DNA from: Bilabrum cf. latius
Taxonomy: Eukaryota
DNA length: 64,000 nt
Assembly: GCA_965178125.1 (NCBI GenBank)
Contig: OZ237772.1
Span: forward strand, 186,001 to 250,000
Reading direction: 5' to 3'
The notes beneath the pieces are model-generated. The model did not search any database and was not told the DNA's origin. It saw only the letters and a program-made list of their open reading frames with translations. Shown here in pieces: positions 23,701 through 36,213 of the stretch; the first letter of the stretch is position 1; each line of letters starts with the position of its first letter. The position numbers were made by a program, and so were the translations under genes.

Positions 23701-24102
23701 GCTGAGAGCCTCTTCATCATGCACCAGCTGACTGGCAACCCGATCTACAGAGAGTGGGGCTGGGAGATGTTCAAGTCAATCCGGAAGTTCTGCAAGACCA
23801 CCTATGGGTTTGGGGCCCATCCAGACGTGAGAGAGACGGGGCGACAGCCGGACGACAGGATGGAGTCTTTCTTCCTGGCTGAAACAATGAAGTACTTGTA
23901 CATGCTGCAGGCTCCCGACCACCCGATTTCTCTTGATGAGTACGTGTTCAACACGGAGGCGCATCCCCTGCGCTAGTTTCCCAAGTGGAGCGCGCCCTCG
24001 CCCAGAGGTTCCGGGGGTTCGGTGGCCGGATCAGTGCGGGAGGTGCGCGAGGCCGGTGGGCCCATGCGAGGGACGGATGGGCTTCCTGAGGAATCTGCTT
24101 GA
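20746..24102 (+). CDS. Type II membrane alpha-1,2-mannosidase (GH47) with a LamG/ConA-like domain before the catalytic domain
   Basis: Exon 1 is 20746-20815|GTAAG, with a phase-1 intron to CGCAG|21086. TM segment FMCVIAFAAAMFLGGILIGLLVF; LamG-like TVTAGAWIK...WVHVAFS...VYLNGQ. GH47 motifs WGADELKP, SVFETTIRALGGLLSAY, GALGDSFYEYL, LRPETAES, MESFFLAET and FNTEAHP. TAGs at 20776, 21334, 21514, 21784 and 23974; TGA at 24100. Confidence 0.92.
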
Positions 24103-24293
24103 TTTGAGTGTTAGAATATGTTGCGCTGGATCGTACCAAAACTCACTCGACACTGGCGAACCTGATCGGAACCCGACTGCGAACGTCGCTCGAAAATCAA
24201 GACTCATTTCGTTCGACCGACCACGTGCATATGGTCTGCATGAATGATGCATCTTATTGACACGAACCCTTGTATTCTCATAGATACTTGCAA

Positions 24294-27290
24294 ATGAACT
24301 GTCAATGGCTGGCAGTCTTTTTCAGCATTCTAGCTGGGGCTGGGGCCACGGTTCTTGTCACGAATTAGCCACACAGCTTACATTGGAGCTTCTGGTCCCC
24401 CAAAAATTCAACTAGGTTCCTGCCAGTACAGGCACATTTTCGGTGTCCCGCTGATGTACATGGCACTACGCCGCTACAAGTTGCTTGGAGGCTTGCGGAG
24501 CATTTTGGCACGGATTCGAGCCCCCTTCTTGGACAAATTGCAGGATACATAGTACAACATCCCACTGTACCAGTTGATGATGGGGGGAGGAGTGGGCCAA
24601 TTAAGGTTTAGGATCTAAGGTTGCTGAATCGGACTGCCCTCACGGTAGGCAGCATGTCGTCTCCGCGTGTGCTCAAGAGGCAGTGCAGGCTGGTTTCCGA
24701 AAATAGCTCAGCGATGATTCCATTCAACAAAAAGTTAGCGATCACACGGCAACCTGCCAATCACGGAGTAGGCCTGAAGCACGACGACGCCACGATCCCA
24801 CTGCCGAGGGAGTGCCCCTGGCTCAAATCGGCCGCTATCGGATTAATGCATTCCGATAGGGACGGCTAGCAGTGGGGTTGGCCTCATGCATTGGCTTTGA
24901 CACAGCCTACTGCGCATGTTCCCAAATGGGCATAGATCGCTGCTCTGTGGAAACCCTCGCTGCGCCATGAACACTCGAAGTTGGTTTCCATGGCGCACTT
25001 GCCAAGGTTTGCATCGCAAACAGATCAACCCCTGGCACGAAGGAGATACCGTACCCCCTATCGTATCCATGATGTTCTGTAGGTAAAAGTGACCACTAGC
25101 GGGAAGTTTGACTTTCATAAGGGCAGCCGCGAGGAGGCGTCACCGACTGGGGCATTCGCCTGGGAGTGGCTGCCGCTAGAAGCTGCCATTCGGTACCTGG
25201 CGGCAGCAGTCGGCGTGTAGGGGACCACCCATTTGTCTGCCGAGCAGGTTACTCAGCGATTGGCCGAGCTCTGCGAGCTGCAGACAGTACTGGCAGGGCA
25301 GCCGGGTAGAGTGAGAATTCGCAACGTGGAAGCTGCACTGCATGCAAGTGCGCGCCGGCTAGACCCTGCTGTGTGTGTCAGGATCCAGGTGGGACTCACC
25401 CACATGGGCATTCCCGGAGGGGAGCCCATGCCGGTCGCCCACGCAGTGCGGGTGCTTCCCGCTGGCAGTGCGCGCTAGAGGTGGAGCTCACTGGCACAGG
25501 CAGGGAGAGGGAAGGAGGGCAACATGCACGTGGATGCAATACACGACGCTGAGCACGACCCGAAGTGGTGGAGCGTTGCGCGGCCCATGCAGCATGCCGC
25601 CAGGGCAGTTGCATCCGTGTGCCTGGGCAGGGTGGTGCACCCCGATGACGTGGTGCTGGGGAAGCGGCCCGGCACTCAGGCGCACTATGCTGACGGCAGA
25701 GCGTCCGACCCGTCCACCGGGATACCCGCCCTTAGGGTAGTGAAGCCCACAGCAGCTGCAAAGAAGCGCACGTTTGGTGACGGCATGGACGACGAAGCAC
25801 TGTCCAGGGAACAAGAAATCGGCCAACATGAACTGCAAGCTGGCTTTCACCACGAGCATCGCAGTCCGCAATTGTCGAGCCCATTCTCGGCAATACACCA
25901 ATGTGATGCCGCATGGCAGGGGAAATGCAGCGATAGGACGAAGCTAGTGTACCGGACGGACGTAGTGACGATACCCTACCCGCTGCTGCCTGTGCGGTAC
26001 GGTGCATTGGCCTATCTTCAAACGCACGTGCCTGCTGCGCTTGCCACAGACGAGATGACCCAACAAGAAAGGTGTGTTCAGTCTGCTCAGATCCTGTGGG
26101 ACGGGCCTGACTCTGATACCATCCGGCTGCTCCGAGCTGGACTCACCACCAGCAATGGCCAGCGGGTGGTCAGTCCGGATACCGACCAGGATGAACCGAA
26201 TCTCGCGGCCTAGCTAGAGAGGGCCGCCCGATCGCTTGGACCCAAGGGATGGAAGGGGTTGTCAACGCACTGCAAACTCTTGCAAGGACAGTGGCGGGGC
26301 CCTGAGTGGTTTGACGGAACGGATGGTAAGAATATTTTCTTGTCCCAGCTGCAGACTGGGGCCGTGCTGGATCCCCGGCAGATTGTGAACGCATGTCTCG
26401 AAGATGGGCAAGCTGCCTTCGAGAGACTGAAGACCAGCGTCAGCTCGAGCGATCTGCAGTCGCTTGCCGTGACTCCTCTGTCCATGGCCAGGTCGCTGTG
26501 TTTCTGGATGGACAGCTGTGCACCCGGCAAGGACCCGGGGTGCCTCCGGGGGTTCCATCCGAGACCTATGCCGTTCCTGTCGCAGCAAGTGATGCAGCAG
26601 GACCTGTGGGTGGTGCAGATCGCGATGCAGGGCAAGAGGGGCGGGTTCTTCATCGAGGCGGGGGCAGTGGACGGCCGCATGCTCAGCACGACGTGGGCGC
26701 TGGAGAGAGGGTTTGGGTGGAGGGGGCTGCTGGTGGAGGCTCGCGGTGAGGAGCTGGAGGCGATGCGCGTGAGGAGGCCGAGGTCCACCTGCGTGTATGC
26801 GGCGCTTGGGGCGAAGGATGGTGGGTTTCTGGAGATGAGTGCCTCTGGGGATGATCCCACGGGCATGATGGCAGTGACGTCACAGGTTGACACGAGCGGT
26901 CTGGACCAGTCTGGGTGGCAAGGCCGCGGACGCGCTCCGATTCGCCGGCTGTCTTCGATTTTGGACGAGGTGGGTGCCCCTTCCAGGATCGATTTCCTGA
27001 CTCTGGACATCGAGGGTGGAGAGCTGGAGGTGCTGGACAACTTCCCATTCGACAGGTATTCGTTCGGGGCCATGGCCATCGAAACAAATGTGGAGGAGCC
27101 GAGGAGGTCGCAGATCCGGGGCGTGCTCGCGTCGCACGGGTACGTGTACGCCGGGGGTTTGGGTCTCGATGACGCGTACCTGCATCCTGATGTGGCAGCA
27201 GGTGTTCTTGAGGCACTGGAGGATCAGGCGAGGGCGAGGAGAGGCAGGGGGCGGCGTGTGGCATTCGGAGGGAGGGATATCGGGACGTGA
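24294..27290 (+). CDS. Secretory-pathway protein with C-terminal FkbM-type (Methyltransf_21-like) methyltransferase, paralog 1 (998 aa with TAG=Gln)
   Basis: One frame with no TAA/TGA from signal-like MNCQWLAVFFSILAGAGA to TGA. Motifs GFFIEAGAVDG, TWALERGFGWRGLLVEA and IDFLTLDIEGGELEVL. Confidence 0.85.
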
Positions 27291-27460
27291 ATGTAGCTAG
27301 CATCAACCTAAAAGACGGATCCGCGGAATGCCCGGCCGGCCAGAATCATGTTCCCACCCTAGATCCATGACTCTGTGAAGCGATCATAGATAAGGTTACG
27401 ATCCATGACAGCTAGCAGTGCTTGTCGTTCTCTGATAACCCATAAGGAATGACATTCATA

Positions 27461-27524
27461 CTGCCTGCCTACCTGCCTGCCTGCCTGCCTGCCTGCCTGC
27501 ATGCCGGCCTGCCTGCCTGCCTGC
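27461..27524. repeat. (CCTG)n microsatellite, imperfect
   Basis: Run of CTGCCTGCCT... between two convergent gene ends. Confidence 0.9.
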
Positions 27525-27536
27525 AAGTCATGCTGC

Positions 27537-30500
27537 TTATTTCTGCCCGCGGTGATACATCACCCAGTCCTACTACTCCAAGCATGATAGCGCTGACAAC
27601 GCAGGGTGCGTTGCAATCTACTCTGCAAATGTAAGTTCCATCGCGGCCTGCTCCGAGTCGAGGTCGAGGGCGGCGCATACGGCACTCATGACGCCTTTCT
27701 TTGCACTCGGCTGGTAGCACGCTTCCACCCATGCAGCAGATGCGCCGTCGCCAGAGTTCCACATGATGAACTCGCTGTGATCTTGAAGGGCAAACCGCTG
27801 GGCGTCGAGCACGGCAGATGTGACAAGACGTCGATGCCACATCGCGCGAGCATCTGCGGCGGTGGCGAGGCTGGCTGGCATCGCAAATCGTGGCAACCGG
27901 TCACGAGCTGGTGCACCTCCGATCCCCAGCCTCCCGCCAGCAGAGTGTCCCGCGCAGCTTGGTAGGCGTGCTGCAGCTTCGAATGGCATCGCAGTCGCAA
28001 GGCTGGCCCAGCCATGCGCCGGCTTACCCTCGTGGTCCAAGACATTCTGCGTGTCTCCCATGGGCGAACCAACGTAAACCACAGACTCTCGATCGAATTC
28101 CACGGGCATTCGACAGCATATCCCTGCTGCTTCTTGCAGCAGGCTGCGATCGTCCGCAGAAAGCCCTCGAAGCAAGAAGTCGCCAGCAGCCTGCAACGAC
28201 TTCCCAGGCACGTTAGAGGATATATCCAGCAGGTGTGAAACAAGCCGCGCGGCCCTACTGCCAGGAGCGGTATACTGACCTGATGCCTGCAGCGGGTCTT
28301 CTGCGCCGGCTGCTGATACAAGCGAGGCCAGCACATTTTCCGAGGAAGTGATATGGCAATTGCACCGGTCCACCAGCGGGTTTTTATCTCCTGGCATTGG
28401 ACCCTTCTCCCCCGCATGGATGACCAATAACGCCGCGGCAACATCTCTGTATGGGCCAGCACTGGCCGAATGCGAAGAACGGATTCGAACAACCCCGCTC
28501 GTGCCATGCTTTGGCCTGCTTCCGCCCATTTCATCCGCTCCTGCCGAGAAACAAGCCCGCATCGTCCACGAAGGCTAGACTATTTCCGACATGAAGTGGC
28601 TCTTCAGCTGTGCTTGGATGCTCAGCAAGCGCCCCTCCTCCGCCTGCAGGCCCCTCTGCGAACCCTAGTCGCTCAACATCCACACTGGTGGGTCCTAGGC
28701 AGGCCCCCCCACGTGCTCTGCGGTCCAGCCGAGCTTGCGCAACACAGCCTCGCTCGACGCCGTCGAGAAAAAGACACTCTGGGAGCTGACTGCCTTGGCG
28801 TCCTGCGTTGTGACGAGTGCGCACTGGCCGTGAAGGGAGCAAAGGTGTGAACCAGCACCAACCACTCCTGACTAGTGTCTCCCGTCTGGAAGTAGAGATC
28901 CATCACCGGTCCTGGCCACCAGTTGCTCCCTGCACCCCTTCTCCTGCCCGCGGCCGCACCGTAGCAGCATGCTCGGATTTCCGTCATGCAGGATGATTCG
29001 GCCACCCATCTACGCTTCAGATTCGCCGGGCAGACTGGTGCCCGCACCGTCGTGCGGCACTACAACTGTCCTCCTGTCGACGTGCATGGCCCACGCAGCC
29101 ATGTCGGCGTAGGCTCCCGCCTTGGAGTGGTCCCCGTCGATGAACAGCAGGTCCACGGTTCCCTAGGGAACAACATGGGCGGCCCTCACAGAGTGCATCC
29201 TGAGCATGTACGCCTGGTGTCCGGATCCCGAGGCACCCACCATGCTGCGGTAGTTCATCAGGGTGTCGCTTCCACCGGGAATTGCCTTCTCGGAATTGAA
29301 TTCGAAGTCCATCCAAAGGTCAACGGATATAATTCGTGCCGCCCAGTTGCCTCTGCGACGAAGCGCCGCTAGCATGACCACCGCGCTGAGCCCCTACAGG
29401 CTTCCGATCTCCACGATGACCCCAGCGGGCGGCAGGAGACGGGCTCGCTGCGTGAGAGTGGTAACGTCCCCGCCGAGCAGGCTTCCAGTTGCGTTCCGCT
29501 GCAGAGCGTAATGTCTCACCCTTGCGTCGAGTGCAGACTCCAGCATTAGCCCGGTGTCGACTGATGATCTTGACTAGCCCCGGCACCAGTCGGATGGGGC
29601 TGCATTGCCTTGCAGTGCGTCCGCCTGGAACGTAGTGGGGTCTACAGCTGCAGCTTCGCTTTGCCACGGTCCCAGATCGGTAGCATCTGCTGGTATACCC
29701 CGGAGGGCGTAGGGGGCGCAGCCTGCACCCGGGTCTGATTCAAGGGAGTGGTGCTGCCCGGGCTACGCACCTGCCTACCGTGCAGTGCGCGCAGCGTCGG
29801 TGGGCGATCCGGCGACGCCAGGCAACGCCATGTATTTGCTCGCGTGATGCACGGCACAAGCTAGCGCAATGGGTAGCGATGCAGCCTTTGCTAGGCAATT
29901 CGCAGCGTCTGCAGCCCGCCGCAGATCCTTTGCAGTGGGCCTCGCGACGGGACTACCAGAGGCTTCCTGCATGCCGCTGCCGAGGCTGTTCATGGCCGGT
30001 GGGGCAGGGAACAAAATTTTACCTTGCCAAAGGGACTACATTGACTCGATATCGCCGTATGAATTCAGCGGGTGCTTGTGAGACGCATCCATGGACAGGG
30101 GATTACGGTGCTGCCGCGACCGGATTGTTGAAGAAGCTGCGACCGCTGCATCCGCCTGCTGCTCCCTTGTGGCATCCAGGGAAAGTGCGGCAGCCAAGGC
30201 GTCCAAATCGTAGAATTCATCTGTAGCTGATGATACGCACGGATCGATTGCACGGGGACCACGCATTACACGGTTCTCGATCGTGAACAGGTAGTGTTTG
30301 CCCCAGCCATCTTGAGCATGATTTTTGTCAGAATTCTATCCAGCCGCATCATGCAGAGCTGCCCTGGTCAAAGCAGATATAATGTCAACCACACAGGCGA
30401 ACCTTATTGAAGAATCAAGCTAGCCTCCCAATGTAGAGCCGTCATAAGCCACTCCAACGCTCCTCACAGGGTCGCTCTTTAGAAGCTTCGCCATAGAATG

Positions 30501-30554
30501 CGTTGTACTGGCCATCAAGACAACTGAGGCAAATACGCTGCAGTGCTATAGCAT
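27537..30554 (-). CDS. Secretory-pathway protein with a class I SAM methyltransferase domain (Methyltransf_24-like), about 1005 aa with TAG=Gln
   Basis: Signal-like ML*HCSVFASVVLMASTTHS. Motifs GVIVEIGSL*GLS, IISVDLW, VDLLFIDGDHS and GGRIILHD lie in one frame interrupted only by TAG; ends in TAA. Confidence 0.78.
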
Positions 30555-30822
30555 AATTCAGCCGGGCAATAGATCAGAATCGCCTAGCTATGCCGTATTA
30601 TTCGGCAAGGTGATCGGTCTTTTGATTGATTCCGGATTCCGATTTTCCGGGAGTTGCGAATAGTTTACAGCAGGGCCCAGGGGCGTAGGGCTGGGCCTAG
30701 GCCTAGGTCTAACTGTACGGGGGCACTTTGACTGCTTTGCATCAGGTGCGTGTGAAGTTTGCAACAGGCCCAATTTGAACGAAATACGCCTGCATCGGCC
30801 ATCCAGCTATCTAGGACGAAGT

Positions 30823-33300
30823 TCAGACCGGATCGATAGCTCCGGTCGCTACAGCCCACGTCACCTCCTCTGCCTAACCTGGCTGCTCGAACGGAGGCAA
30901 GTGGTTGTACCGTCCACGAGCTTTGTACTCCTCGATGCGACCCTAACAGTAACCTCTCAGGAACAGTGCCTGCCGCACCTCTCGTTCGCAGCTGCTGTTT
31001 CCATCGGATCGGGCCGGTAGCGGACCAAAGCCGTCTGCAGCCGCCACGCTGGTAACACAGTCTGACGGCGTATATTCGCCGTCTGGAAGCAAGGAGGCCG
31101 TATCTGCCTGAAATAGCTTCGGGACAAATGTCTGCTCCATTAGATGCAACATGCACGCACCGGTGTGGACGTCATCTGCAAACACGCTCGCTGGCCCCTC
31201 CGCTGCCCCGCTCCCCGCGATGGCAGCATGCAGCTCTCGTTGAAGGTGTGCGGATGGCCTGCCAAGCAAGTTTGTACTTCCGTTCGACCTGCAACCAGCT
31301 TGCGATCGTCCTGCGAATGCAGACCACTGCCGCACTGCCGGCGCAGGGTGCGTCACTAGCTTCACTCTGTGGATCATCAGCGTCTGCGCCAGATCCGTGC
31401 GTACCATCCACTTGCTCCGGATGGTTCGATCGAACCAATGAAGGCGCGATTTGTCGATCGGAGACGCGGTAAACAGTGGCCAATATCGATGCGGGAGCGC
31501 ATCTTTCTTCCACCACGCGAGATGACGCGCCTGCTATACACGCAGAGGCAAAGATGATCTCAAGGAGAGCTGTCGGTCTCGAGTGGCTGCCAATCCGTGC
31601 ATCCTGAAAGTGTCCACTGATAAAAGGGCTTGCCTCGGCATGCCGGCGAGCACAAATGGCTGATTCATCGCAGTGTACCCAACCTACCTCATGTCCTGAT
31701 ACATGGGAGCGCCAGGGTTCATCAAGAGGTCCTGGGGCGGGCATTGCTTGAACTGGCTTGCCACGACGGGCTTCAGCGACGCTACGGTGAAGCGATTCCA
31801 GAAGTAGATCGATCCGGGCAGCGGTTTGCCTTTTGCCACAGCATTTGAGTCCGCGTCCCGGATCAATCGATCGAAGGAAGTCACGTTGATGTACTCGTCC
31901 ACATCCATGTTGATCATCCACTCGGCCAAGGGCTTGCCGTACTTGAACAGGAAGTGCATCATCGAGTGCGGCTGGGCCTCGTGCTCGTACAGACCACTCT
32001 ATTCCAAATGGTGGTTGTACTTTCTGAAAGGCCACGACAGTTCCAGCACGGTTGGATTCTGCTGGTTAGAGACGTGCACGTGCTTCATACACTGTGAGGC
32101 TGTGCCGGGCCGTAGTCGCGGTGGCGCTGCACAAAGTCGCACGCTACTGCCAGGCTCAAAATCAGCCGTAGGATCCACCACCGTTTGGCGTGCATCGTCG
32201 AGCTGAATGCCCTCGCAGTAGAACTAGATTGCCTGCACGGTCAGGCAGGCGCCCTGCAGCCATTCGTCGTCGTTGCGGTAGGCAACCACGGCCTCCACGC
32301 CCCTATCAGCATGAAAAGCCGCCCACGATGCCATGTACTTTTCCTTGTCTTCCAGCAACATCATGGTCGTGGCCATCAGCCGATAGGGGCGGGGGTCCAC
32401 ACTCGTCATCTCCTCGACGTATGCCTCAGGCTGCGGCTGAGACTCTGGTTCGAGCGGAAGGCCTGATGCAGTCGGACCGCCAGAGTTTAGACGCTGATGC
32501 TACAGCCGAGGCCACAGACAGTACCATCCCGGGTGTGTAATGCATTCGATTGGTGCCTCGCATTGAGCGTTTTTGTCGAAAGCAAGAGCCGCCGGCGCAT
32601 CATTTTGCCTGCGCCGCAGATGCAGATGGCCTTGGACGGAACGCAGCTGACTGCCTAGCACGTCAGCATGCCAGATGCGGCGTATGTGTATGTCACCAGC
32701 ATACTCGATCGAAACGACCATGAACTAGTCGATACCAACGTCGTTTGGCAGTCTCCATCGATGGACATCCCATGCATTATGGGGGAACTGGTCCTTCGGC
32801 ATCGACGGGGAAATATCGCGGTGAAACAGCCGATGCCAACTAGATCCATTCCGTGACGACCGTACTCGTGCTTTTAGTTCTTCTACCCGAATGCTCATCC
32901 GCCTAAACTGCGGCACTACTGCGAAAAGCTGCCGATCTCTAGCAAAAACATCGTAGAAAACCCATCGTCGTCCCGCGTTTGGAGGCTCCATACCCGAAAA
33001 ATTCTCGTTTGTATGTTTCTACAAATCAGCTCCAAGCTTCCAAGCGCAACTGGCAAGGGGTGCGCCGACCGGCCCGTCAACTTGCTCGTCATCTAGAGCT
33101 CCACCAAATGCATCGGATTGCTTACACAGCATTGCCGGCTGCACTCTGTGATATGGGTGGCCTGATTGTTGTAGTACTGCTGGCCACCCGCTTAGATGAT
33201 GATTGGCATCGGCTGCATCAGATAGGTCACTGATCAACCCACGAGCGGCATCGAGCTTTACAATGACTGCAACAACAATCGAGCACAGCACCCCTGCCAT
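30823..33300 (-). CDS. Glycosyltransferase, GT92/GT2-like GT-A fold
   Basis: Seven same-frame track ORFs joined through TAG. Signal-like MAGVLCSIVVAVIVKLDAARG (alternative ATG at 33327). Motifs YMASWAAFHADRGVEAVVAYRND, WPF and AQPHSMMHFL...EWMINMDVDEY (DxD); ends in TGA. Confidence 0.75.
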
Positions 33301-33583
33301 GCCATAGTCCTGGTGACATAGTATCATTGCAAGTACGTGAATGCCAATACTGCGAGATTTCTTTCAATACAAACGAGTGAAAGGAATAACAGAACTAGTG
33401 CACATGTGGCATTGAGAAAGAGAACCAATGCGAATCGCCCACCCGTAGCCTTTGAGAGGCGTTCGTCGTTCGCTGGATTCATGCCCATTGCTTGCGAACC
33501 CAAACATGAATCGCGGCTACTATCGTAGGCCTTTAGTGTGGTATTCATGGTGTACACTAGCGTTGAGGGGCTGGAAGCAGGAT

Positions 33584-35656
33584 ATGCTGCCTGTGTGTTT
33601 GATAGGCGCCATTGCAATGGCGAGCCTTGCAATGGTGGCGGACTCTACTGTGGTGCTTGACAATCTCCATCTGAATGAAGGATATCATGACAGCTGTTTG
33701 GGAGATGCTGGATTTGCCAGCACCAGGCTCCCCGGAATCTTACAATCAGTCCCTGATGCAGAGACGTGCCCTATCGATGGATACGTTGTATCTGCAGCAG
33801 CTGTTCGACTCCCTGGGCCGTTTCACGGAGACCACAGCGACTCTTCTCTGCACTCTGATCTGCAATTCTTAAGAAGAGCTGCGAGGCATGCTCAAGATGC
33901 AGTTCAAGGCAGCAGAGCAGCAGCGCGACGGTGTTCCACGCCATCAGTGGATTGTGGACAACCTGTGCCCGGCCGGAATTATGTCGATGATTTCAGCTCT
34001 GTTGATGAGATATGGCGTGTTGAGCCAAGCAGGCTTGCCCCTGCGTCGCGTGGTGTCGGAACGGAAGAACCGGCGGAGGCATACGCTACAATGCGGCTCC
34101 GGAATGTAGCCGTATCCGGGCGTACTGTCATTTTCGGGGGCAAGCATCGACGACAATTGGCGTAGGAATGGGCCGATGCTTTGCATCAGTACCAAATGCA
34201 AGCATCGACGACAGATGAAAACCCACAGGTGCACTGTGACGGCTGGAATGGTGGCATCATCACCACCACTACAAACAACAACTCCTCTCCCCCGTGGTGG
34301 GAGGCGCCGTGGTTCGTGCCTTCACTGATCCACATGAACCACGTCGGTCACATGCTCATCCACAACGCCTTTCCATTGGCATTCGCCCGCTGGGACGAGA
34401 TGGGCCAGGAGCAGGGCATCGATCGTCTCTTCCAGCCCCTGGAGACCACCAAGGAGCAGCGAGCGAGGGCGCAACGATCCGCGGCGGCTAGGCCAGAGGA
34501 CGTGTCTCTCGGGCGGCCCCCCACTGAGGGCAGCATGCAACGGACCACTCGTCACATCCTGGGGGCATTCGAGCGATCCTACGGTGAGACTGTAGCTAGT
34601 CCCTACCGGTCGCCTGCCCCACACAACGACGGCACAGTGCTGTACATGCCGGGCAATAGACCGGTCGAGGGAGGTGGCGACCCTGTGCTCTATCGGGGAG
34701 GGTATGGGGAGATGGTGGCCAGGCGACTGGCGTGGAAGACCAGAAGTGGGGGCCAGCTCCAGACCCGGGGGCAGGTGAAGGCTCTGTATGAGGAAGCTGC
34801 CAGAGGGGGGCACCCATGGGGGGAGGAGTTCTTGGCTCGGGAGCAAGTGCATGGGGTTGTGGATCACGAGTGGGGTGTGGATGACCCCGGGTTCGTGTGC
34901 CTTCGGCGGCTCCGGGTGGGCGCACGGCCCAGCTTGGAGTTCTCACAACAAGAGGGGCAGACCCTGGCCAGCGCGTCCATGGCAGGACTCATGTTTGCCG
35001 ACCTGGTCGTGGCCGCAGCAGGCGGGGACAGGCGCAGGCCCAGGAGCTGGCCCCCGACCGCGGTGATCGTGAGACGACCAAAAGGTACTCTAAGAACAAC
35101 CGACCCTGCCACGCACCAGCAGCTTGCACTGGAGCTGCATCAAGCGGGGTTCCGAGTGGCGGTGGGCGAGTTTGAGAAACTGAAGCCGCACGAGCAGGTG
35201 CGACTGGCAAGCGCTGCTGATGTGCTGGTGGGTGTGCACGGGGCTGGGCTGTTCCACCTGATGTCGATGCGGATGGACTCGGTTGTAGGCCAGTTCGTTC
35301 CTGCCTCATCCTCTTACGCATACTGGTTGCCCATCTACAGGCTGGCAGCAGCCACTGGCATTCGCACCATTGGATACCCAATCTTCTGTCCAGACGAGAA
35401 CGAGCGATCAGTGTTGCTTGATTGGGCGAATGCAAATGATCGTGGAGAACCAGTGAGCCTGCGATCGTCGTGGTGGAAGGCCGAAGACGTGTCCATGCAG
35501 GAGAGGTGCACGTGGGAGAGGGAGCAAGGTGCGTGGATCATCTCCAAGGTGACTCGGAGGGCCACGTAGCATTTTGTTGGCGATATTGCGGGTATGCTGC
35601 TGTCGGGGGCGGCAAGGGACGTATGGGTGTCATCGGGTGGTTTTCGTTTAGTTTGA
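33584..35656 (+). CDS. Glycosyltransferase family 61-like protein
   Basis: Signal-like MLPVCLIGAIAMASLAMVA; HVGH motif; EQVRLASAADVLVGVHGAGLFHLMSM is the GT61 HGAGL signature. TAGs at 34163 and 35567; TGA at 35654. Confidence 0.82.
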
Positions 35657-36213
35657 ATCAGCCGAAAAGGTTATAAAACCACCTAGATCTAAGGTCTCTT
35701 GGATTATCACTTTCAAGTAACCCAAATCCATGGATGGTGGTAAGTCGTGTCTGTGTATCTCACCTGCAAGAAACCAAGCATCCGAGATGGCCTGAAGTCC
35801 AGGGTCACACTTATTGTTTCGCACCCAACGTAGAGCAGTCTTGCGCTCCCGAGTGGAATTCCGATGGCAAAAAAAGTAACGCTCCCGAATGCCGGCACCA
35901 AACACGAAGGACAGTGCGTGCAGATCGTGGCAACACGCGTTGAAGTTTCGCAGTGATCGTCGGGCAGGATGCGCGGCGGGACAGCCATCCAGCAGAGCCT
36001 TGCTAACCCAATCTCACCTCGAACAGGTACGGCGCCCAACGAGCTAACCCAACCTAAGCGACCTCCTTGACTTCGCTAACAAAGCCTGACTGACCCCGAA
36101 TCTACATTTTTTGAACTACCTGTGGCTAGCCCTAACATCCAAAGTGCACGGATCTTACAGGTTCAAGGTTCCGGGTCAGACAGAACCACTGATCAGGTTG
36201 GCCAACGTGGCCA

